Shown here: in pieces, positions 56,935 to 64,000 of the stretch | Numbering within the stretch: position 1 is the first letter of the stretch | Layout: every line of letters begins with the position of its first letter | DNA from: Candidatus Bathyarchaeia archaeon | GTDB lineage: Archaea; Thermoproteota; Bathyarchaeia; Bathyarchaeales; Bathycorpusculaceae | NCBI GenBank assembly: GCA_038882975.1 | Contig: JAVZNE010000003.1 | Coordinates: forward strand, 51,985-115,984 | Direction: 5' to 3' | DNA length: 64,000 nt | The notes under the pieces: generated by a model | What the model saw: only the letters and a program-made list of their open reading frames with translations | Told to the model about the DNA's origin: nothing | The model's database searches: none | Translations under genes and position numbers: made by a program

Positions 56935-57828
56935 ATGATGGGTAAATTTAAAATGGGATACTTTAAACGTCAACCATACCATATAACAATGGTTCTTTTG
57001 ATGGTTGCTTTGATTGTGGTAACTATTTGCATACCGCAGGTACATGGAGGCGGCGCTGATGACTCGAATCTGAAAGAAATTGGCGCTTGGGGGATTAACG
57101 ATTATAGTCAGAATCCGAATTTCGGTTCTTTAACGTACGCTGTGTATGATGCAATTAACTTTTATTCTTGGCTTCAAAATAAGGGTTTCACAGGAAGCTT
57201 TCTTAAAATAAATAACGAAGCTTCTGAACGTCACTTTGAGAAGGCTTCTGTTGGAGGTCTAGATTATTTATATGCGGATGCTTGCGACTTTGTTTACTTT
57301 GCAGGCCATGGTACTTATGACGCCTTCCATTTTGGAATAAGTGACGATAATAATGCTTATCCACGGAAAGTACACTACACGGAGGCAAACTGGGGCGATA
57401 AAGACTTAGAATGGATATTTCTTGCCTCCTGTTATGTCCTTCAAGAATACCCAAGCGAGTGGGACGCAGCCTTTCACAATCCAAAAACCTTACATGGAAT
57501 AACAGGATTCAATACATATAGGATAGACTCTTCTGGCATAGGACTGTGGTTTGCGCGTTATTTAACTGGAAGTGGTCCTTACGACGACCCTGGACCTTAT
57601 AACATAAAAGAAGCTTGGAAAAAGGCTGTATATCAAGATGGGAATCAAGCATTCACGTGGGCTGCAGTGTATGCAATTGTTGTAGTGTGTAGTGCCCCCC
57701 AACCTCCTGTACATTATTGGAATGAGTATTTGCCAGGCTACGGATCTGGAATGAACCCTGACCCCCCAAGTCCACAACCTGGTCTATCAATCTATCTCGA
57801 GTATTCTACATGGCAGGTTCCGCTTTAA
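56935..57828 (+). CDS. Secreted DUF6345-like protein (possible His-Cys caspase-like fold)
   Basis: Signal peptide; DFVYFAGHG, WGDKDLEWIFLASC, LHGITGF, AW. Confidence 0.75.
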   Translation: MMGKFKMGYFKRQPYHITMVLLMVALIVVTICIPQVHGGGADDSNLKEIGAWGINDYSQNPNFGSLTYAVYDAINFYSWLQNKGFTGSFLKINNEASERHFEKASVGGLDYLYADACDFVYFAGHGTYDAFHFGISDDNNAYPRKVHYTEANWGDKDLEWIFLASCYVLQEYPSEWDAAFHNPKTLHGITGFNTYRIDSSGIGLWFARYLTGSGPYDDPGPYNIKEAWKKAVYQDGNQAFTWAAVYAIVVVCSAPQPPVHYWNEYLPGYGSGMNPDPPSPQPGLSIYLEYSTWQVPL

Positions 57829-57842
57829 ATGGAGGGAGAGAT

Positions 57843-58733
57843 ATGCGAAAGCGTTTTAGCGTAATTTTTTTGGGGCTTTTATTAGCCATAGCTCTTTTAG
57901 TGGTTTATGTTTGGCAGCCATGGCGCTCCACTATAACAATTCAAATCCCATATGCAGGAAATGAAGGTAGCGTCACCGCCACTTTGAACTGTGCCCTCCC
58001 GAAGGTCCCTGAACAAATTCCAACTTTAAAAATTTCAAAGAAAAATTACGCAAGCAATGAAGCGTATCAAATAGCAAGAGAATTATTCAACATGACAGGT
58101 GAACTTTCGCCATATGGGACGTACGGATTTAGGAATGGTACAAGTCAGTTGATACTTGGTTCTGATGGTTCTATATGGTTTGCATTTTATGTAAGTCAAT
58201 CCTATTATCCCCTGAAGGTGTCGCTTCAAAAAGCTAAAGACGTTGCTGACGCTTTCATTGCAAAAGTTGAAAAATATGGTCTCAGACCCGGCGGCGTCCA
58301 CATAGAATTTCTGGGAGTAGAACCAGCTGAACATTATGGAATTGAAGGCGAAACCTATCCCGTCAAGGCACGCGTCAGTTATCGAACTTTATTTAACGGC
58401 TTTCCAATATTCCGAGGGAACATACATATAGACATTGGAGGAAACGGGGAAATACTCGAATGTCTCATGGCTTGGAGAAACGTAGAAGCGGACTCCCCGA
58501 TCCAAATCACAGTTTCCCCCACGGAGGCGTTAAACAAGCTTAGTGCATGCTGGAGTTTTCCTCTGGGCCCAGACGTAACCCGCATTACGATTAATAAGGT
58601 TGAACTTGGCTACCTAGCGGATCCTGCCCCATCAGAGCAATCGGAAATGTTTCCAGTATACGGGTTTGAATGTGAAATTTTCTTCAAAAACGGAAGTAGC
58701 CAAAAATATGTCACGTTTGTATCTGCAACATAA
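57843..58733 (+). CDS. Membrane-anchored extracellular protein
   Basis: Single N-terminal TM; VELGY...PVY.F...VSA C-terminus. Confidence 0.75.
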   Translation: MRKRFSVIFLGLLLAIALLVVYVWQPWRSTITIQIPYAGNEGSVTATLNCALPKVPEQIPTLKISKKNYASNEAYQIARELFNMTGELSPYGTYGFRNGTSQLILGSDGSIWFAFYVSQSYYPLKVSLQKAKDVADAFIAKVEKYGLRPGGVHIEFLGVEPAEHYGIEGETYPVKARVSYRTLFNGFPIFRGNIHIDIGGNGEILECLMAWRNVEADSPIQITVSPTEALNKLSACWSFPLGPDVTRITINKVELGYLADPAPSEQSEMFPVYGFECEIFFKNGSSQKYVTFVSAT

Positions 58734-58781
58734 TGAAGGTTTCTCTCTGATGCGATATTGGCGAAACGCATTTAGCTGGAA

Positions 58782-59741
58782 GTGAATACACCTTTCTATA
58801 TGATAGCTAAAGGTATAAAGCCAGAATTTACCCATTTAGTTCCAACATATTCTATTGTAGCGTATGATTTTGAAACGTGTGAACTTGGGGTGGCTGTTCA
58901 GTCAAGGTATTTTTCAGTCGGCTCCGTTGTTCCATGGGCAGAGGCTGGTATAGGCGCTATAGCAACTCAGTCCTTCGTCAATGTTTCTTATGGACCAAGA
59001 GGTTTAGAATTGCTTAGGAAGGGGCGGCTTACGGCTGAAGAAGTTGTTAAAAAGCTTGTCGGCGAGGATGAAGGGAGAGATTATAGGCAATTGGGGGTTG
59101 TGGATGCCAAGGGGAATGCTGCAGCGTATACTGGTGCAAAGTGTCTTGAGTGGGCTGGAGACAAAACTGGAAAGGGCTATTCTGCTCAGGGAAATATTTT
59201 GGCAAGTGGAGAGGTCGTAAGGGCGATGGCGGAAGCCTACGAATCTACAAAAGGAAGTCTTGCCGAAAGACTTATTGCGGCATTGAAAGCAGGCGAAAGG
59301 GCTGGCGGAGACGCGCGAGGTAGGCAATCGTCAGCATTGCTAGTAGTTAAAGAGGGTTATGGAAGAGGCGGATATGGAGATAGGCTCATCGACTTGAGGG
59401 TTGAGGACCACCCTGACCCGGTGGGCGAGCTTAAAAGGCTTTTAGACCTTCATAAGGTCTACTACTTGATAGATGAGGCTGAATCAAGGTTCACTCAGGG
59501 GAAGCTAGATGAGGCGGTTTTGCACATAGAAGAGGCTTTGAAAATTAACCCGAGATGTGACGACGCCTACTTGGACTTGGGGCTGATATGCCTTAGAGCC
59601 AAAAAGCTAGATGATGCTGCTGAAGCCTTTAGGAAGGCTGTCGAAATAAACCCGAAAATAGTTTCTGTGATTAGGCAGATTCCAAAGCTTGGGCTGGTTG
59701 ATGTTCCAGAGGATTTCATGAGAATGCTTGGGTTTATGTGA
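58782..59741 (+). CDS. DUF1028 (Ntn-hydrolase-like) + TPR protein
   Basis: TYSIVA, GAIATQS, QGNIL, GGDARGRQSSA, DLRVEDH; C-terminal TPRs. Confidence 0.92.
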   Translation: MNTPFYMIAKGIKPEFTHLVPTYSIVAYDFETCELGVAVQSRYFSVGSVVPWAEAGIGAIATQSFVNVSYGPRGLELLRKGRLTAEEVVKKLVGEDEGRDYRQLGVVDAKGNAAAYTGAKCLEWAGDKTGKGYSAQGNILASGEVVRAMAEAYESTKGSLAERLIAALKAGERAGGDARGRQSSALLVVKEGYGRGGYGDRLIDLRVEDHPDPVGELKRLLDLHKVYYLIDEAESRFTQGKLDEAVLHIEEALKINPRCDDAYLDLGLICLRAKKLDDAAEAFRKAVEINPKIVSVIRQIPKLGLVDVPEDFMRMLGFM

Positions 59742-59837
59742 TATTCTATCTGTATTTGTGTTGTGCTTGTGAGCAGAAATGTTTATTAAATATCAATATT
59801 ACAGATAACTTGAATTCGCTGCGGGAGAGGAAAATGC

Positions 59838-60167
59838 ATGCATTTCCTTCATCACGAAGAAAGGCTTAAATGTCCCTATAAGGGGTGCGGGAAAACTTTC
59901 GGCAAACCAGCGGTCTTAACAGATAACTCGACTATACCGAGGCAGACTTATTATGCTTGTCCCTATTGCATGTCGAAAATAGACATTGTTGTGGAGAACA
60001 TGCGCATAGTTGATGTGAAGCCAGCTGAATATCCAAAGGTTCTTGATTCGCCAGCGAAATGCGCCCACTATTTTGGCTTCTTAAACTCTATTCCGAAGAA
60101 TATGCCAATCCCCGACGAGTGTCTAGTTTGTCCAAAGGTCCTTCAGTGCAGCGTCAGAAAACGTTGA
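59838..60167 (+). CDS. Cys-rich Zn-binding hypothetical protein
   Basis: CPYKGC, CPYC, CAH, CLVC...C. Confidence 0.75.
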   Translation: MHFLHHEERLKCPYKGCGKTFGKPAVLTDNSTIPRQTYYACPYCMSKIDIVVENMRIVDVKPAEYPKVLDSPAKCAHYFGFLNSIPKNMPIPDECLVCPKVLQCSVRKR

Positions 60168-60245
60168 GAACAGCCCTCAATAATATTTTTGGCAAAGAGA
60201 AACATTTTAAATCCTCTGTTAAAATTTTACCTTATGATTGTTAGT

Positions 60246-60323
60246 GGGGCTGTCGGCTAGCTTGGTCTAGGCTTGGAGACTTGGGCTCTCTAGACCCCGG
60301 TTCAAATCCGGGCAGCCCCACCA
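60246..60323 (+). tRNA. tRNA-Pro(TGG), CCA encoded
   Basis: GGGGCTG/CAGCCCC; GGAGA-CTTGGGC-TCTCT; GGTTCAAATCC. Confidence 0.95.
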
Positions 60324-60407
60324 TAATTCATCTCATATGCAATCCTTATTTTGAAGCACAAACTTGTTAAGTTCCAGTTATGTATGTAAACTGTTATTGG
60401 AGGGGTC

Positions 60408-61535
60408 TTGGTGGAATGGCAGTGCACTATAACAATTGATAGGAAGTTTGTTTTAGCCCTTTTCCTTGTTGCCCTAGCTCTTGGCGGAGGATTTGCCCTA
60501 GCATATCTGAACTTTAAAAATGAACTGGATGCTTTAAAGGATGATTATGCGAATATTTCATATCAGTTTAATGAACTTTTAGGGTTGGTGGAGCAACTTC
60601 ACCATGCTCAAGTGCTAAATTTAACGGCTGTCCAAATATATAATAGAACTAGAAACTCTGTAGTTTTGATAACCGCTGGAGAAAAAGCAGGTTCAGGTTT
60701 TGTGTATTATGCGGGGGCAAATGGAAAGGGGTACATCGTCACCAACTATCACGTTGTGGATTCCGAAAGCGATGTCAAGGTGACCTTTTTTATCAACGGA
60801 AAACCTATCCAAGTTCCTGCGTTGATTAGGGGTGGCGATATCTATAGTGACTTAGCAGTCTTGGAGATTGAACAGCTTCCAAGTGAGGCAAAGCCTCTAC
60901 TCGTGGGAAAATCAGAGTTGCTCATGGTTGGAGAACCAGTATACGCTATTGGAAACCCCTTTGGTTTAGAAGGCTCTATGACAGCCGGTATCGTAAGCCA
61001 AGTAGGTAGAGTGCTGAGATTAGGTGATTTAGGCGTACCAGAACCTTGGGGAAGATATGCCATAGTTGACGTTATCCAGCTTGACGCTGCCGTTAATCCA
61101 GGAAATTCTGGAGGACCATTACTAAACAGTCTTGGAGAGGTTGTTGGAGTAACTTTTGCCATAGAGACAACAGAAGAAATTAGAGCTTTTATAGGAATTG
61201 GATACGCCATCCCATCAATAATAATGAAGAGGGTTGTAGACGCAATAATTGAAAAAGGCAGCTATGAGCATCCGTGGATGGGCATAGAATATGATCCCCG
61301 CTACATTGGTGGGTTACTAATTGTAAACGTAACAAAGGATGGGCCGGCTTATAAGGCGAGCCTAAAAGCTGGTGATTTAATCGTGGAAGTGGACGACCGA
61401 GCAATTAATCGAGCTGAAGACCTCACAATCTACCTTGAAAGATACAAAAGCCCAGGAGATAGAATACACTTAAAAGTTATCAGAGACAGTAATACATTTG
61501 AAGTTGACTTAGTCCTTGAAAAGAGGCCTAAATGA
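60408..61535 (+). CDS. Membrane-anchored HtrA/DegP-like serine protease with PDZ
   Basis: TNYHVV, SDLAVL, NPGNSGGPL, C-terminal PDZ. Confidence 0.95.
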   Translation: MVEWQCTITIDRKFVLALFLVALALGGGFALAYLNFKNELDALKDDYANISYQFNELLGLVEQLHHAQVLNLTAVQIYNRTRNSVVLITAGEKAGSGFVYYAGANGKGYIVTNYHVVDSESDVKVTFFINGKPIQVPALIRGGDIYSDLAVLEIEQLPSEAKPLLVGKSELLMVGEPVYAIGNPFGLEGSMTAGIVSQVGRVLRLGDLGVPEPWGRYAIVDVIQLDAAVNPGNSGGPLLNSLGEVVGVTFAIETTEEIRAFIGIGYAIPSIIMKRVVDAIIEKGSYEHPWMGIEYDPRYIGGLLIVNVTKDGPAYKASLKAGDLIVEVDDRAINRAEDLTIYLERYKSPGDRIHLKVIRDSNTFEVDLVLEKRPK

Positions 61536-61538
61536 ACT

Positions 61539-62768
61539 TTAAAACTTCTCTAAAAAGGCAAAGATTGCTAAAACAGCTCCCGCTAAAATTGCAACTATGA
61601 ATGGGAAATATAGGAGGATGCTGTAAAGAACGCCGCCTACGTATGGCGCTATGATGGAGGCGAACATGCTTATTGTTTGGGGTATGGATATCCATTTGGC
61701 CCTTATATGTTCTGGTGCTAGTGGTCCTATTGTTGCGCTCATGAGGGACCATGTTATGTAGGAGGCTCCAGCTAGGAAGAATGCCGCTATAAGCACGTAG
61801 AGGTCACCTGTTAGGAGCATTATGATTAGGGATATGCTGCATGATGTCAGCGACGCTGTAAGTGCGTATCTCTTGCCCCACTTGTCTCCTGCCCTGCCCA
61901 AGATTATGCCTAAAACTGCTGAGCCGAAAAAGGCCATTGAGCCTAAAACCCCTATTTCAAAGTCTCCATAGTGGTATGCGTCTGCAAGGTACTGGGGAAC
62001 TAGTGGGCGGAACATCATCATGACAAACATTATGGAGGCGAAGAAGGCGGACATGCTAATCAGCTTTCTATCCTTTAAGAGTTCTATTGTTGATGGACCC
62101 GCTGACTTTTTTTGTTGCGCGAGTGGTGCGTGTTGGCTTCTCATGAAGGTTAAAACCACGCCTGCCAAGGCATATAGGATGAAGGATGTGTAGAAGACCG
62201 TTTGCATACCGACTTTTCCAGCCATGTATCCGCCTAGGGCTGGTGAGAAAATGTAGCCTAAAGACCATGATGAAGATATTACCGTGAAAGTCAACGTTAG
62301 CCTGTTTTTGTCTGCTGATGTTACAATGTAGGCTGTGCTTGTTGGTCCGCCGAGCCAAACTCCCCACAATATCATTCCAGGAAGTGTTTGAATCCAGTCT
62401 TTTGCTATGGAAAAGATTATTGGGGCTGGTACCCATGCAAGCCATCCGGCAATCATTATTTTTTTCCGGTCGTACTTGTCGGCGAGGGCTCCAGCCAGAA
62501 GAAGTGTTAGAGCTGCTGTTAAGCTTGTTAAGGCGTATAGAATGCCTATTTGGACGGAGTTGGCTCCGAGAGCTTCCTTCATGTAGTATGGTAGGAGATA
62601 AGCGTATAAGCCGTCTCCAAAAGAGCCTACGAGGTTTGATGTGAAAATCAGTTTTAGGTCCCTGTTTAGAACATCAATTGGAAAGCTGAAGCGTAGAAGT
62701 CTTCTGTACGTTTTTGTTGGCAAATGCGAGTCTCCCATGCATTTATTCAACGTATCTGTGCTGCTCAC
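61539..62768 (-). CDS. MFS transporter
   Basis: GALADKYDRKK, GRAGDKWGKR; start may be ATG 62738. Confidence 0.92.
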   Translation of the reverse strand: MSSTDTLNKCMGDSHLPTKTYRRLLRFSFPIDVLNRDLKLIFTSNLVGSFGDGLYAYLLPYYMKEALGANSVQIGILYALTSLTAALTLLLAGALADKYDRKKIMIAGWLAWVPAPIIFSIAKDWIQTLPGMILWGVWLGGPTSTAYIVTSADKNRLTLTFTVISSSWSLGYIFSPALGGYMAGKVGMQTVFYTSFILYALAGVVLTFMRSQHAPLAQQKKSAGPSTIELLKDRKLISMSAFFASIMFVMMMFRPLVPQYLADAYHYGDFEIGVLGSMAFFGSAVLGIILGRAGDKWGKRYALTASLTSCSISLIIMLLTGDLYVLIAAFFLAGASYITWSLMSATIGPLAPEHIRAKWISIPQTISMFASIIAPYVGGVLYSILLYFPFIVAILAGAVLAIFAFLEKF

Positions 62769-62818
62769 TATTATTCTTAATGCTGTAGCATCGGACGCTG
62801 AAATGGGTCAAAAACGTG

Positions 62819-63817
62819 TTAAGCTCTTCTGTCCACTATGTCTAGGACTTCTTGTCCAGTGCCTATTAAAACCACTGGTATGCCCAGCTGGTGCTCAATT
62901 TCCCTCACAAATTCCTTAGCCTCTGGTGTGAGCTCATCATATTTTCTTGCGCCTTTGCACTTAGGGTAGACGACGTCAAGCTTTGTTAGGGCTATTTGTG
63001 TTGCCCCATTAAGCATGACAGCCCTTTTCGCTATTTCAAAGTTGAAGGGGGCTGAGCGTCTTTCTCGTCCGGTTCCAGCGGCAACCTCAAACCATCCGCG
63101 TTTGACAACCTCCTCTTTTGGGAGTTCTCCGGGCAGTGGTCCGGCGCCGACACGAGTCATGAAGGATTTGAAAACTATTAGGACTTCGTCGACTTTTGTT
63201 GGTCCAACACCCGCCTCTGAGCATATTGCCGCGGCGCTCGTGTCCCTTCCAGTCACATATGGATAAGTGCCATAGAAAAGCGAAAGCATTACGCCCTGTG
63301 TTCCCTCCAGCAGAACCTTTTTGCCAGCGTCTATGGCGTTGTTTGCCTCTGCCGCCACGTCTGTCAAGTAGGGCTTTAGTTCGGGCATGTCCTTCGCAAG
63401 TTTTGCTGTTCTACGGACTCGCTCCTCTATGGCTGGTCCAACACCCCAGCCAGTGGTGCCGATACCCTTCAGATGCGCACTTATCTTGTCTTGTTCGGAA
63501 TGCTTCTCCTCAATTATTGAGGCTTGGTGGTCTACGCCGATGCGGTTTTTGACGTTTGTTAGTTCCACTTCTTCTAGGAATTTTGCCACGTGGATGTTGG
63601 CGCCAGCCCCTATTAAGAGGCGGCACTTTTCATACACAAAGGCTGATGGAACCATGTGGAGCGCATAACGTTTTCCCTCAACCCAGACGGTGTGTGCCGC
63701 ATTAACAGAACCAGTTCTAACACAAACATCCAACTTATCCTTCAAAGCCAGGTAGGAGACTATCTTGCCTTTACCCTCGTCCCCCCAGAAGCCTCCAACT
63801 ATGACTGTGCATGGCAT
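62819..63817 (-). CDS. purA: Adenylosuccinate synthetase (short archaeal type)
   Basis: WGDEGKGK, EGTQG, GTYPYVT, TRVGAGP, TKLD. Confidence 0.97.
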   Translation of the reverse strand: MPCTVIVGGFWGDEGKGKIVSYLALKDKLDVCVRTGSVNAAHTVWVEGKRYALHMVPSAFVYEKCRLLIGAGANIHVAKFLEEVELTNVKNRIGVDHQASIIEEKHSEQDKISAHLKGIGTTGWGVGPAIEERVRRTAKLAKDMPELKPYLTDVAAEANNAIDAGKKVLLEGTQGVMLSLFYGTYPYVTGRDTSAAAICSEAGVGPTKVDEVLIVFKSFMTRVGAGPLPGELPKEEVVKRGWFEVAAGTGRERRSAPFNFEIAKRAVMLNGATQIALTKLDVVYPKCKGARKYDELTPEAKEFVREIEHQLGIPVVLIGTGQEVLDIVDRRA

Positions 63818-64000
63818 TCTGGTCACCGCTCACAAAATTTGTTGAGGACTATTTAAAATTGTTTTAAGTCTTCTTGTCAAAATTTTAACGCATTTTCGGC
63901 TAACAAAACCAAATCTCTTTCTTGTTAAAGACATCGATTTGGGACCGCTGTATCCCCTTAGACTATAATTTACCCTTGTTCTTTTTTACATAGACAACAA

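Noticed and set aside
28-63856. Numerous antisense/overlapping ORFs in the six-frame track (e.g. 28-501, 13626-14159, 17381-17668, 19164-19721, 46010-46276)
   Set aside because: They shadow well-supported genes or tRNAs and show no recognisable motifs.
1-64000. CRISPR arrays, rRNA, IS transposases
   Set aside because: No regularly spaced repeat-spacer array, rRNA-like sequence or transposase motif was seen by eye.

Overview
Archaeal chromosomal window, most consistent with a thermophilic Bathyarchaeia/TACK-type genome. This assignment is inferred from gene content (reverse gyrase, archaeal CCA enzyme, TIP49, TrmY, intron-containing tRNA, four-subunit POR), not from a database search. Most of the window is housekeeping: tRNA maturation, class II HMG-CoA reductase, prs, POR, thiL, purA and five tRNAs. 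The main accessory feature is an 11.4-kb element integrated in the 3' end of tRNA-Leu(TAG), bounded by a perfect 24-bp direct repeat (34512-34535 / 45912-45935). It encodes a Zn-ribbon tyrosine integrase, a D5/P4-type SF3 helicase split by a one-base insertion, several small regulators missed by the ORF track, an HTH/coiled-coil protein that may be a small terminase, and defence cargo (type IIG R-M enzyme, Mrr-like nuclease, AAA ATPase). It has no recognisable capsid or conjugation genes. Inside the helicase 3' end lie two converging 3x9-bp TGTCAA/TTGACA arrays flanking an A-rich spacer, the layout of a SaPI-type origin. The element is therefore proposed as a candidate archaeal PICI-like virus satellite. 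A second, N-terminally shorter integrase sits outside the att site against tRNA-Asn. A second candidate system is a wHTH-KaiC ATPase plus an atypical DNA ligase next to a stand-alone NurA(wHTH)-HerA pair, downstream of V4R, histidine kinase and receiver genes.
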